NCBI GenBank assembly: GCA_027345565.1 | Contig: DAHWIF010000001.1 | Coordinates: 1 to 51,098 of the forward strand | Direction: 5' to 3' | Origin: Candidatus Micrarchaeota archaeon | GTDB lineage: Archaea > Micrarchaeota > Micrarchaeia > Micrarchaeales > Micrarchaeaceae | Length of the DNA stretch: 51,098 nucleotides | Part shown: positions 18,919-28,501 of the stretch, one piece after another | How the letters are laid out: each line of letters starts with the position of its first letter | Position numbering within the stretch: the stretch's first letter is position 1 | Position numbers and translations under genes: made by a program | The notes under the pieces: generated by a model | The model's database searches: none | What the model was told of the DNA's origin: nothing | Seen by the model: only the letters and a program-made list of their open reading frames with translations

Positions 18919-19293
18919 ATGGCGGCCCAAATGTCAAGCGTACTTCGCGATGGCGTCGTGCAGCACGTAGCTCCTTTCTCGATCCAGGAGATCAAGACCA
19001 AGCTACTCTCCACAACAGAGGAGATGCTGAGGAAGGGCAACCCAGTTACTTGGACGACTTTGGCAAAAGCCGTAGCCGAAAAGCTTTCTCTTTCACCGGA
19101 AGATACGGACGTGGAGATGATAGCCTACCGACACATGAAGGAGGATATGGACGGCCTGCTTACAGAGGAGGTCGACAAGGACGGGTTCTTCGTGACGGTC
19201 GAGGTCGACGGATCCCGCAACCCCAAGCTGCGCATAACAGAAAAGGGCATAGCGCGGCTGTCTGAGCTGAGAAGGAACGGCGAGATCTTCTGA
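18919..19293 (+). CDS. Hypothetical protein, possibly winged-helix-like
   Basis: 124-aa ORF with a TATA-like CAATATAAAT upstream; C-terminal LRITEKG resembles a wHTH wing. Confidence 0.55.
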   Translation: MAAQMSSVLRDGVVQHVAPFSIQEIKTKLLSTTEEMLRKGNPVTWTTLAKAVAEKLSLSPEDTDVEMIAYRHMKEDMDGLLTEEVDKDGFFVTVEVDGSRNPKLRITEKGIARLSELRRNGEIF

Positions 19294-20691
19294 TTAGGCT
19301 ATCCTTTTCCTGTACCTCGAATAATTTACGAGAGCTGCCAGCGCCCTGGCCGCTGCATCAGGCGATTCGTACACCGGCACTCCGCCGTTCTCCATGAGCG
19401 ACACATGCGATTTCGTGTATGCGCTCCCGGTGCTGACCGCAACGATGGGCTTCAGCCTCTTAGCCGCGTGGTTGACTATCGCGTCTGCCACGCTCTCGTC
19501 TGCGCCAGGCGTCTGGAAAAGGGTTATCGCCATTATCGCGTCAACATTCTTGTCGTTGCTAAGCGCGTCCAGCGCCGCCGCGAACCTGCCAGCGTCGGCG
19601 TCGCCTCCTATGTCGAGCGGGAGCCTGATGTTAACTATGCCTGGCATAATCCTGCGCAGGCTCCTCTGGTTCTCCTTGCTGAGCTCGGGCATTGTCAGCC
19701 CGTTGTTGTACAGCGCATCTGTGGCTAGCACTCCGTGCCCGCCGCCGTTGGTCAGCACGGCTATGCGGTTGCCTGCAGTGAGAGGCTGCGTATCGAATAT
19801 CTTCGCGAAATAAAGGCAGTCCTCCAGGGTGCGCGCCTCGACAAAGCCAAACTGCCTGAATACGGCCTCGTAAGCCTGCGTGCTACCCGCGAGCGAAGCT
19901 GTATGCGAATGCGCAGCGCTCGCCCCTGATGGGGTCATCCCGCCCTTGAGTATCACAACCGGCTTGAGCCTAGTCGCGGTCTTCGCCACCTTGACGAACT
20001 CCCTGCCACGCTTAGCTCCCTCCATGTAGTAGATTATCACCTTGGTCTCCTTATCATGAGCTAAGTAATTGAGCAGGTCGGCCTCATCGACCACCGCTGC
20101 ATTACCGTATGATATGAACCTGGCCAGGCCGAAACCTTCGCCGCTTATGAGGTCAAGCAACGAGCTGCCGACGGACCCGCTCTGCGAGACGAAGCTCACA
20201 CCGCCAATCTTAGGCCTATCTATCTTCGAGGTAGGTAGGAAAAGCGTGTCGTTGCGCGCTCTGGTGTCCATGACGCCGAGGCAGTTCGGCCCTATGACCG
20301 GCACGCGGTACTTCTTCGATATGGAGACGATTTTATCCTGCAGGTCATCCCTGCCGACTTCGGCGAAGCCGCTGGTCACTATGACCACACCCTTTACCTT
20401 AGCCTTGCCGCACTCCTCAAGCACCTTCGGCACGACCTCTGCAGGCACGCTTATTACGGCAAGGTCTATCTCCTTCTTGACGTCAAGTATGCTCTTGTAT
20501 GCATCATAACCCATTATCCTCCCTTCAGCATTTATGTTAATTGGGTAGAGCCGCCCCTGGAATCCGACGTCTATGTAATTCTGCATTATCGCGTTGCCTA
20601 CCTTTCCAGGCTTTTCCGTTGCGCCTATTACCGCAACGCTCTTCGGGGCCATTAACGGGCCGATGTCAGCATACAGGGTTTTGCGTGCCAA
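19294..20691 (-). CDS. acdA: Acyl-CoA synthetase (ADP-forming) alpha subunit
   Basis: PKSVAVIGA, IGPNCLG, SQSG, phospho-His motif AHSHTASLAG and TNGGG. Confidence 0.92.
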   Translation of the reverse strand: MARKTLYADIGPLMAPKSVAVIGATEKPGKVGNAIMQNYIDVGFQGRLYPININAEGRIMGYDAYKSILDVKKEIDLAVISVPAEVVPKVLEECGKAKVKGVVIVTSGFAEVGRDDLQDKIVSISKKYRVPVIGPNCLGVMDTRARNDTLFLPTSKIDRPKIGGVSFVSQSGSVGSSLLDLISGEGFGLARFISYGNAAVVDEADLLNYLAHDKETKVIIYYMEGAKRGREFVKVAKTATRLKPVVILKGGMTPSGASAAHSHTASLAGSTQAYEAVFRQFGFVEARTLEDCLYFAKIFDTQPLTAGNRIAVLTNGGGHGVLATDALYNNGLTMPELSKENQRSLRRIMPGIVNIRLPLDIGGDADAGRFAAALDALSNDKNVDAIMAITLFQTPGADESVADAIVNHAAKRLKPIVAVSTGSAYTKSHVSLMENGGVPVYESPDAAARALAALVNYSRYRKRIA

Positions 20692-20695
20692 TGAA

Positions 20696-21310
20696 TCACT
20701 TCAGCATTCTGAGGTCGACTGCGTCGTATGTGCCGTCATGGAGTATCACCGGATTGAGGTCCAGCTCATTTATCTTCGTGCTTTCGAACATCCTAGACGC
20801 TTTGAGGAGCAGATCCGTTATCATACGCTTCGACTTCCCGTCTGGCGCTATCACCCCGCTAGACTTCATCTGTTCTATCATCGATTCGGCATCGTGTCTC
20901 GTTATAGGGCAGAGCCTGAGCGCGAAATCCCTGAACGTCTCTACGTAGATGCCGCCAAGCCCCAGCAGCACCATCTTGCCGAACTGCGGATCTGTGTTCC
21001 CGCCTACTATTATCTCGATGCCGTTCTTCACCATCTGCTGCGCTATTATGTTATACGGCCTGAGCCTCGCCGCCTTCCTTTGGAGCATCCCAAACGCATT
21101 TTTTATTCCGGATTCGCTGTTCAGATCAACAGCCACGAGCCCGCTCTTCGACTTGTGCAGCGCCTTCTGCGATAAGACCTTAAGCACTATCGGGTTCTTC
21201 CCGTCCCAGAAAGAGACTGCGTCATCTATGCTCTTCACATACCTGCTTCTTGCGCTCCTTATGCCGTACCTATCAAGTATGCGCTTAGCCACGTAATAAT
21301 CGACCAACAT
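20696..21310 (-). CDS. acdB: Acyl-CoA synthetase (ADP-forming) beta subunit, ATP-grasp
   Basis: PIVLK, HKS, DPQFG, GLGGIYVE and ELDLNP. Confidence 0.9.
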   Translation of the reverse strand: MLVDYYVAKRILDRYGIRSARSRYVKSIDDAVSFWDGKNPIVLKVLSQKALHKSKSGLVAVDLNSESGIKNAFGMLQRKAARLRPYNIIAQQMVKNGIEIIVGGNTDPQFGKMVLLGLGGIYVETFRDFALRLCPITRHDAESMIEQMKSSGVIAPDGKSKRMITDLLLKASRMFESTKINELDLNPVILHDGTYDAVDLRMLK

Positions 21311-21331
21311 CCGCTCACCGACCGCATATAC

Positions 21332-22054
21332 CTAGACGTGTATGAATCCTTTCAGGTAAAGCACAACGAATATGACCACTACCAGAACTATAACCACTGC
21401 AATGATTTTCATGTTCCTCGAGCGCTTTGAGACCTTTATCTGCTTTTCTATATCATCTATCGACATGCCTCCAGCAATCTGCTCCGCAGTTGGCGCCTGC
21501 TGCGCCTGGGGCTGAGCCTGCTGTTGGCTGGCCGGCTGCTGCACCTGCTGTGCGGCCGGCTGCTGCGCTTCCGCAGGCTTTTGCTGTCCAGATTGCGGCA
21601 TGCCCGCCTTCGCCTGGATCATCCCCCTTTCTGTGAGCATCACATCAAGCACGCCGTTCTTTATGTCGTATGCTGCAAACTGCTGGATGCCCATCTTGTA
21701 GAGATGCATCGCAAGGTCCTTAGGCCTAAGGTTAACTGCATTGCCTATGTCGAGATACGACCGCTTGCCGGCCTGTAGCTGCTGCAATATCGCAAGGTCT
21801 ATGCTGTCGAATGGCAACGCCGCTTTCTCGTTTGCCTCCTTAAGCAGCTGCTTGCCCTGATCCGTTACCGTTATCACGCTCTGCCCTGGGAAATTCGCAG
21901 TGAAATCGATGAGCCCCTTCAGCCTCAAGGTGCCGAGTATGTTGGATCCGTCGAAGAAGGACGAGTTTATCCTGCCCCCGAACTTCTCGACGACGAGATC
22001 GGGAGTAATCTTGCTTAACGATACAAGGTCCAGGAAATTCGGTTCGTCGGCCAT
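21332..22054 (-). CDS. Tail-anchored protein with two winged-helix-like domains and a Gln/Pro-rich linker
   Basis: Two wing-like motifs (ITVTDQG, VMLTERG), a QQP-rich linker and one C-terminal hydrophobic helix. Confidence 0.6.
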   Translation of the reverse strand: MADEPNFLDLVSLSKITPDLVVEKFGGRINSSFFDGSNILGTLRLKGLIDFTANFPGQSVITVTDQGKQLLKEANEKAALPFDSIDLAILQQLQAGKRSYLDIGNAVNLRPKDLAMHLYKMGIQQFAAYDIKNGVLDVMLTERGMIQAKAGMPQSGQQKPAEAQQPAAQQVQQPASQQQAQPQAQQAPTAEQIAGGMSIDDIEKQIKVSKRSRNMKIIAVVIVLVVVIFVVLYLKGFIHV

Positions 22055-22154
22055 GCAAAACACAATCCAATTGCTCTATATGGATGCGAATCTTTATATA
22101 CATTCACCGGACATTCTGAATAGAGAACGCGCACTTCTTGTTCTGAGGAATGCG

Positions 22155-23408
22155 ATGCAACTAAGGCTACTCGGCGGAGCTCAAGAGGTAGGTAGGTCTG
22201 CGATAATGCTGAAGGACGAGCGCAGCATAATGCTGGATTTTGGGGTAAAGATAGACCACCGCACCGAATACCCGATAGCGTTGCCGAAGGTGGATGCGCT
22301 CGTAATCAGCCATGCGCACCTGGACCACAGCGGGTTCTCTGCAGCCATATACAACGAGATGAGCATACCTGCTTTCGGGACCATGCCAACCATGGACCTA
22401 TCGGCGTTGCTGCTCGAGGACGCGCTCAATATAGCGAAGAAGCAGCACAGCAAGGTATTCTTCCACAAGAGGCAGATACGCAGCATGATCAATAAGTATG
22501 TAAGCCTCGATTACCATACCCAAGCGAGGCTCGGCGGCTTTGACATATCCCTGTACGATGCAGGGCACATAAGCGGCAGCTCCATAACGCTGGTCGAGAA
22601 GCCCCATTCCAAAGGGAACAAGAGGGTCGTCTATACCGGCGATTTCAAAATGCGCGAGCAGACGCTGCACAGGGGCGCAGAGGTCGTGAAGAGCGACGTG
22701 CTGATAATGGAGTCGACGTACGCTACCAAGGACCATCCGGATAGGGGCAAGGTGATAAAGGAGATGATAGACAAGATAAAGGAGACGCTGGACAATGGGG
22801 GCAACGCTCTGGTCCCGGTCTTTGCAGTTGGCAGGAGCCAGGAGATACTCGCGATACTGTACGAGAACGGCCTTACACCGTCCACATACATAGACGGCAT
22901 GGCGAGGAAGGCTACCTCAATAGTGATGAGCCACCCGCGGTTCATACGGAACAGGGAGGTCCTTGAGAACGCGATAAGCGAGACCACGTGGATAGAGGAG
23001 AGGGGCGCAAGGAAAGAGGCGCTAAATGGGCCGTCGATAATAGTCACCACCGCCGGCATGCTCAACGGAGGGCCTGTGCTCGACTACATAACGAGGCTCA
23101 ACAGCAACTCTCACATATTCCTGACAGGATACCAGGTAGAGGGCACGAATGGGAGAACGCTGATCGACCATAGCTACATAACGCTCGACGGGAAGAAGAC
23201 AAAGATAACGACACCGGTGAGCTTCCACGACCTTTCCGCGCACGCTGATAGGTCAGACCTGCACAGGTACGCGAAGGAGAGCTCTCCGAACACCGTAGTG
23301 TGCGTTCACGGTAGCGAAGAGAACGCAAAAGCGCTGGCGAATGACCTGAGCGACGAGGGGTTCACCGCTGTGGCTCCTAGGGTGGGAGACACGATAAACA
23401 TAGACTGA
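22155..23408 (+). CDS. beta-CASP metallo-beta-lactamase ribonuclease (no KH domains)
   Basis: LGGAQEVGRS, SHAHLDH, AGHISG, YTGD, FAVGRSQE, LSAHAD and VHG. Real start ATG 22155; the ORF-track extension overlaps the opposite-strand gene. Confidence 0.92.
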   Translation: MQLRLLGGAQEVGRSAIMLKDERSIMLDFGVKIDHRTEYPIALPKVDALVISHAHLDHSGFSAAIYNEMSIPAFGTMPTMDLSALLLEDALNIAKKQHSKVFFHKRQIRSMINKYVSLDYHTQARLGGFDISLYDAGHISGSSITLVEKPHSKGNKRVVYTGDFKMREQTLHRGAEVVKSDVLIMESTYATKDHPDRGKVIKEMIDKIKETLDNGGNALVPVFAVGRSQEILAILYENGLTPSTYIDGMARKATSIVMSHPRFIRNREVLENAISETTWIEERGARKEALNGPSIIVTTAGMLNGGPVLDYITRLNSNSHIFLTGYQVEGTNGRTLIDHSYITLDGKKTKITTPVSFHDLSAHADRSDLHRYAKESSPNTVVCVHGSEENAKALANDLSDEGFTAVAPRVGDTINID

Positions 23409-23410
23409 TA

Positions 23411-23483
23411 CGCCTTGGCCGGGATTCGAACCCGGGTTGCAACCGTGACAGGGTCGCATGCTAGACCACTACATTACCAAGGC
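23411..23483 (-). tRNA. tRNA-Asp(GTC)
   Basis: Cloverleaf: GCCTTGG/CCAAGGC acceptor stem, anticodon arm CGACC-ctGTCac-GGTTG, TTCGAAT loop, discriminator G. Confidence 0.95.
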
Positions 23484-23494
23484 ACGCAAAGATA

Positions 23495-23911
23495 TCAGTC
23501 GTTGGCTCTTTTTATTCTTTCTATAAGCCTCTTGAGATGCTCGTCGCTGGCCCTGCCTTTCGAGGGCGGTGATATATAAACCTTACCAAGCTTGAAGTGC
23601 GACACGTCTATGGGGTAGAGCTTAGCGTGCAGGTGGTTCACCTCAGCGCCCTCGAATATCATGCTAACCCTCTCCACTCCGAGCCCTCTCTCCAAAAGCC
23701 TCGCAACACGTTTCACAGCTATCATGAACTCCGCAATCTGCTTGTCGCTCATCCTGAATACGTAGCTGTCAACGTGTCTTTTCGGCATCACAAGCGTCTG
23801 GCCCTTCCTGCTAGGGTACACATCCAATATTGCTACATACTTGCTGTCCTCATATACCTTGAATGAGGGGGCCTCCCCATTTACAACCTTGCAGAAAATG
23901 CAGTCCTTCAT
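23495..23911 (-). CDS. HIT family nucleotide hydrolase
   Basis: DCIFCKVV, LVMPKRH and variant triad HLHAK. Confidence 0.88.
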   Translation of the reverse strand: MKDCIFCKVVNGEAPSFKVYEDSKYVAILDVYPSRKGQTLVMPKRHVDSYVFRMSDKQIAEFMIAVKRVARLLERGLGVERVSMIFEGAEVNHLHAKLYPIDVSHFKLGKVYISPPSKGRASDEHLKRLIERIKRAND

Positions 23912-23922
23912 GGAATCATCAA

Positions 23923-24010
23923 TCCCGTTGGAGCGAGTCGAACGCCCAACCTGCCGCTTTCTTCATTTCACATACTACAGGCGGCCGCTCTGCCATTGAG
24001 CTACAACGGG
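23923..24010 (-). tRNA. tRNA-Tyr(GTA) with 16-nt intron at 37/38 (23959-23974)
   Basis: C1:G72 acceptor CCCGTTG/CAACGGG, stem GCCGC/GCGGC, ctGTAg-[intron]-a loop, relaxed BHB, TTCGACT loop. Confidence 0.93.
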
Positions 24011-24125
24011 CAATAGGATTTAAGCTCCATAATATTAATAAATTGCCTTTGTTTATAACAGATGACCCCCGGATGTATAAAAATGAGAGGTACGTATATT
24101 ACTCTGGGCATGGTGGCCTGTTAAT

Positions 24126-26891
24126 ATGCCAGCTCAGAACAAGGCAAGGCAGAGTAGGTACCGCGATGTTGAGGCAAAGGAGGCAATCTCGCATGTGCAT
24201 AGGAAGTATATGCACAACGTGGTTTTCTATGGGATGGCAGATAGGCTTGCAGGCCTTATACGCGAACCCGGCTTCCCGGATGGGATACTTGCTGTATTGA
24301 CGCTAATAGGCGCAGCGGCCGCACTAAAATTCTATCCGCTTGTCATACTGCTTCTTCTAGCTGTAGTGGTATTCGCGACTACTGTTAAGAAACCGTTCCT
24401 CGGTCTCATAGTGCTAATAGCGCTGATCATGCCTATGCTGGTCTATCAAGCACCAGGGCTCGCATGGTTCTACCTCCTGATAGCTGCCGGCTCCCTGATA
24501 TACGGCTACATGTACCACAGGCCCCTGCTCTTCCTTTACGCAGTCATAGCGTTCTCGTTCTCTCCAGCAGGCCTCATACTGGCAATTCCGCTGATGGTAA
24601 TAGGGGTCCTGATGATAGGATACAAGAGAGCCGTGATAATGTCGGTCCTATTCATAATCGCAATCGTCTTTTTATCCGGGGTAGCTGGAGTGCAGAACAG
24701 CTCATACATTATATACAACGCTACAGCGGCGCATGCCTCAGCGGTGCCAGCCTCGCTAAGCCAATATGTGGTGCCGTCAAAGCCCGGGCTCAGCATTGCG
24801 ACGTTTACTCACGGCGCGAGCAGTGCCGTCGCAGCTTTCGGCAGCGATGCCGTGATCACCGCCACATCCGAAATAGCCGGGTCAATTGCAGCCACCCTTA
24901 AGACGATGCCGCAGTACTACCTGTCGCAAATGGTGATGCTTGCCCTAATCGTGTTCGGCATAGACAGCGTTGCGGTCGCAAGCAGGTCAAGGTACAAAGG
25001 GACACGCGCAAGCATAATAGGCGTCGGATATCCGATAATAGCGATAGCACTAGCGCACTCGGCAAAGCTGACGCTGCCGTATTACCTGCTGGCGATAAGC
25101 TTCGCAGTGGCGCTCGCATCCGTGTACCTGCTCGAGTTCAACAACGTGAAGATCGTAAAATCCCTCGAGATAAGGAAGCAGGACCTTAGGATGAGGTTCG
25201 GCGAGGCGTTCGAGGATCTGGAGTCTGGCAACGTCAACGAGACATTCGATAACATAGCTAATTACGCCGCTACAAAGCGGGAGCTGACCGAAGCGGTGCT
25301 GGCGCCGATAGAGGAGCGCGCGATATCCAAGGCGTATAACGTTAGGCCTGCGAAGGGCATACTGTTCTTCGGGCCGCCAGGCACCGGAAAGACCCTGATG
25401 ATGAGGGCCCTGGCAAACGAGATACACGCGGGGTTCTTCTACGTAAAGGCGCCGAGCCTGATATCGGCGTTTCCAGGCGAGACAGAACGCGCGATATCCA
25501 ACATATTCGCTATAGCAAAGAAGAACGCGCCGTGCGTCCTCTTCTTCGATGAGATAGACTCGATAGCGCAGAGGCGCGGCGAGGGGATGAACGAAGCGTC
25601 CAGGCAGGCGGTTTCGCAGCTTCTGGTCGAGATGGACGGCTTCCAGAAGACCAGCAATGTCATAATGGTAGGAGCTACGAATGCGCCTAACCTGATAGAC
25701 CCGGCGATGATGAGGCCGGGCAGGTTCGACAAGATAATATACCTGCCGCCGCCTGACTACAACGCGAGGAAGCAGATATTCGACCTCTATCTGAGCAAGC
25801 TGCCTGTGACGGATGATGTCAGCCTTGACAAACTGGCGGAGGAGACCGAGCGCTTTACCGGAGCAGACATAAAGGTCCTGTGCGAGACCGTAGCGCAGAG
25901 GGTATCACAGGATGCCGCAGTCAAGCACACGATACTCCAGATAACTGAGGAAGACCTTATGGAAAGGATAACCGCCACGAAACCGTCGGTGTCGCTAGCC
26001 CAGATCGAGCAGTACCAGAAGTTCAGGCTGGACTTCGAGCGTAGCGCGTACGGCCAGAAGGGCGAGGAGAGCAGGGGAGATGAGACCTCGATGAGAGAGG
26101 TGATAGGCCTGGATGATGCGAAGAAGGTGATTACCGATGCGATAGAGACCCCGCTGGTACATCCAGAGCTTGTCAAGAAATATGGCATAAAGAGCGTCAA
26201 TGGCATACTGATATTCGGGCCTCCTGGAACGGGCAAGACCATGCTGTTGCGCGCTATAAAGAGCGAGATGGCCGGGATAACCATGCTCGAGCTAAACGGC
26301 GCGGAGCTCGCAGACCAAGGTGTCGAGAGGGCCACCGCAACCATAAAAGAGGTGTTCAATAGGGCCAAGGAGAACGCCCCATCCATAATACTGCTCGATG
26401 AGATCGAGGAGATGCTGCTTAAGAGGGGAATGGCGAGCGAGTACTCGGCGCAGATAACCAGCGAAATGCTCAGGGATCTTGACGGAATAAGCGATATGGG
26501 CGACGTTGTGGTGATAGGCACGACCAACAGGCCTGATGCGATAGACTCTGCTGCATTGAGGCCCGGCAGGCTGGACAAGCTTGTGTTCGTCAAGCCTCCA
26601 TCCAAGAGCCAGAGGGCGCAGATGTTCAGGCTGTTCCTGAAAGGGGTGCCGACTGGCAGCATCGATTACGATGCGATTGCAGAAGAGACGATAGGATACA
26701 CAGGCGCCGACATCTACCACGTCTGCAGGGAGGTCAAGACCATGATGCTCGATAGGACGGTGAAGGAAGGCAAGGAGGTGAAGATAGAGGAGGCGGATCT
26801 GAGGGCTGTGATACAGAAGGTGAAGCCCTCTGCTCCAGAGGCTGTGGTCTCGCAATATCTCTCGTTCTACTCCAAGTACGGGGAGCGCTAG
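24126..26891 (+). CDS. Double-AAA (CDC48/VAT-like) ATPase with N-terminal polytopic membrane domain
   Basis: Many hydrophobic helices in the first ~340 aa, two GPPGTGKT Walker A motifs, FFDEID and LLDEIE Walker B motifs, two RPGR SRH motifs. Confidence 0.9.
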   Translation: MPAQNKARQSRYRDVEAKEAISHVHRKYMHNVVFYGMADRLAGLIREPGFPDGILAVLTLIGAAAALKFYPLVILLLLAVVVFATTVKKPFLGLIVLIALIMPMLVYQAPGLAWFYLLIAAGSLIYGYMYHRPLLFLYAVIAFSFSPAGLILAIPLMVIGVLMIGYKRAVIMSVLFIIAIVFLSGVAGVQNSSYIIYNATAAHASAVPASLSQYVVPSKPGLSIATFTHGASSAVAAFGSDAVITATSEIAGSIAATLKTMPQYYLSQMVMLALIVFGIDSVAVASRSRYKGTRASIIGVGYPIIAIALAHSAKLTLPYYLLAISFAVALASVYLLEFNNVKIVKSLEIRKQDLRMRFGEAFEDLESGNVNETFDNIANYAATKRELTEAVLAPIEERAISKAYNVRPAKGILFFGPPGTGKTLMMRALANEIHAGFFYVKAPSLISAFPGETERAISNIFAIAKKNAPCVLFFDEIDSIAQRRGEGMNEASRQAVSQLLVEMDGFQKTSNVIMVGATNAPNLIDPAMMRPGRFDKIIYLPPPDYNARKQIFDLYLSKLPVTDDVSLDKLAEETERFTGADIKVLCETVAQRVSQDAAVKHTILQITEEDLMERITATKPSVSLAQIEQYQKFRLDFERSAYGQKGEESRGDETSMREVIGLDDAKKVITDAIETPLVHPELVKKYGIKSVNGILIFGPPGTGKTMLLRAIKSEMAGITMLELNGAELADQGVERATATIKEVFNRAKENAPSIILLDEIEEMLLKRGMASEYSAQITSEMLRDLDGISDMGDVVVIGTTNRPDAIDSAALRPGRLDKLVFVKPPSKSQRAQMFRLFLKGVPTGSIDYDAIAEETIGYTGADIYHVCREVKTMMLDRTVKEGKEVKIEEADLRAVIQKVKPSAPEAVVSQYLSFYSKYGER

Positions 26892-27658
26892 CCTACGAAA
26901 TTGGCGGAGCGCTCATTGTATATCAGTACCCTGGAGAGCTCATTGGCGTTGATCTGAGGCTTTGGCTCTACGCTGCGCACGTTGCAGAACTCTATTTTCA
27001 CCAAGTCGCCGACGCGCATCCTCTTGGTGAGCATTGCGCTGGAGCCCCAAAGCGTGACTTCTGCCGATCCCTCCTGGCCGCTGATCCTGCATTCGGCTAC
27101 TGCGACATTGCCTCCCCCAAGCCTGCTTACGCTGCTGAGCTGGCCTATCTCGGTCACCTTTCCTATGATGTCTATGTTCCTATCGCCATCCTTCAGCGTC
27201 GAGAAGTCGGTAATCCCGGAGCGCGATCTGCGCATCCTTACCATCGTAGTGCTTTTGGTGCCGACGAGCCTCTCGCCAAGTATGTCGAGCGATGCACCTA
27301 TCACCGATACAAGGTCGCCGCGCTCGAAACCGCGCTCGTCGATAGCCGATGAGAGCTTGTCGGATACGACGATGTTTATCGTGCTGCCTGTGCGGCCCAG
27401 GGTCAGAGTCCTACGTGATGCATTCTCTATCTCGTTGAATATCCTGTAAACTGTATCCTCTATGTTTACCGTGTAGAGCTTCGCCGCCTCCTCGCTCCTC
27501 TTTGCGCCGCGCACAGCCTTGATGAACTCAAGGATCCCTTCAACGCTTATGTATCCGCCAGGGCTGGCGTGCAGCCCATCGCCGTTGGCTATGGCGGCAG
27601 CCTGCTCTCTGGTTATCATTCCGGAGAAACTCTCAAGCACCTCGTCAGCGCTCGGCAT
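26888..27658 (-). CDS. OB-fold single-stranded DNA-binding protein (RPA-like)
   Basis: Two OB-like repeats; IDIIGKVTEI...AEVTLWG...VGDLVKI. Confidence 0.75.
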   Translation of the reverse strand: MPSADEVLESFSGMITREQAAAIANGDGLHASPGGYISVEGILEFIKAVRGAKRSEEAAKLYTVNIEDTVYRIFNEIENASRRTLTLGRTGSTINIVVSDKLSSAIDERGFERGDLVSVIGASLDILGERLVGTKSTTMVRMRRSRSGITDFSTLKDGDRNIDIIGKVTEIGQLSSVSRLGGGNVAVAECRISGQEGSAEVTLWGSSAMLTKRMRVGDLVKIEFCNVRSVEPKPQINANELSRVLIYNERSANFVG

Positions 27659-27659
27659 C

Positions 27660-27956
27660 TCATCGCCTGAAAACTGACACGACCTTCCCTAATATCGCAT
27701 CCCTTCCAATCGTGCCGAAAGAGCGGCTATCCTCGCTCATCGCGGCGTTGTCGCCAAGGACGAAATAGCCGTATGGGGTCTCCCGGGCTATGCGCTTTAT
27801 TATGAGGCCCCCGTTCTTCGGATGCCTCAGCACCACCATGTCCCTAGCTTTTGGCTTGGAGAAAACATAGTGAAGCTGGCTGACCATCACATAATCCCCG
27901 TCGCTTAGAGAAGGCCTCATGCTGCTGTCCCTGACCTTGAATATCTTGATCGGCAT
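27660..27956 (-). CDS. sodX: Nickel superoxide dismutase maturation protease (S26 peptidase)
   Basis: Ser-Lys dyad SSMRPSL / IIKRI, GDNAAMSEDSRSFG; immediately downstream of sodN. Start at ATG 27956. Confidence 0.88.
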   Translation of the reverse strand: MPIKIFKVRDSSMRPSLSDGDYVMVSQLHYVFSKPKARDMVVLRHPKNGGLIIKRIARETPYGYFVLGDNAAMSEDSRSFGTIGRDAILGKVVSVFRR

Positions 27957-27961
27957 CAGTT

Positions 27962-28456
27962 CTACATCTTTGGCAATACTAGGTTTCTCTCCGTAGGGTA
28001 TGGCGCCTTCACAGTCACCGTTGGTATGTTCTTGGTCTTCCAGAATATCTCGGCGAAACGATTCACCTTCTCGAGCAGCGCCTCTGCATCCGCTATGTTT
28101 GTGCCCTGCTTCGCCTTCGACGCCGCCTTCATGATATCCCAGACAAGCGTGTGCAGCTCCGGGTTCGCCTGCGCGTGCTCTGGCTTGAAGTAGTCGCCCC
28201 ATATGATGCGCACCTCGTGCTTGCAGAGCTCCGCGTGCTGCTCCTTTATCATTGTATACCTGATCATCTTGTTCCTGCCATCAGGCGTCATGTCGTTGCT
28301 TTTGACAAGGTCGGCGATCAGCATATCCATCCTTATCACAGTGTGCGCCGCCACCTGCGCCAGGTGCGGATCGTATATCCCACACGGTATGTCGCAGTGC
28401 GCATCAACAGTCTCGAAATGTATCACGTTGTCTAGAGCCTCTATTATTCCGTACAT
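27962..28456 (-). CDS. sodN: Nickel-containing superoxide dismutase precursor
   Basis: 19-aa leader followed by the Ni-hook HCDIPCGIYDP, KEQHAELCKHE, IIWGDYFK and EIFWKTK. Confidence 0.95.
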   Translation of the reverse strand: MYGIIEALDNVIHFETVDAHCDIPCGIYDPHLAQVAAHTVIRMDMLIADLVKSNDMTPDGRNKMIRYTMIKEQHAELCKHEVRIIWGDYFKPEHAQANPELHTLVWDIMKAASKAKQGTNIADAEALLEKVNRFAEIFWKTKNIPTVTVKAPYPTERNLVLPKM

Positions 28457-28501
28457 CCCACCACGCTATTAAAGATGCGGCAATTCTTATAAGCCTTTTG
28501 A

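Noticed and set aside
21900-22154. N-terminal extension of the beta-CASP ORF
   Set aside because: It overlaps the divergent gene and promoter region; the family N-terminus starts at ATG 22155.
25787-26662. Long antisense ORFs (also 12087-12878, 33480-34475, 38660-39289)
   Set aside because: They lie opposite well-supported genes, have no motifs, and are expected from codon bias.
27957-28202. N-terminal extension of sodX given in the ORF track
   Set aside because: It overlaps sodN in another frame; homology begins at ATG 27956.
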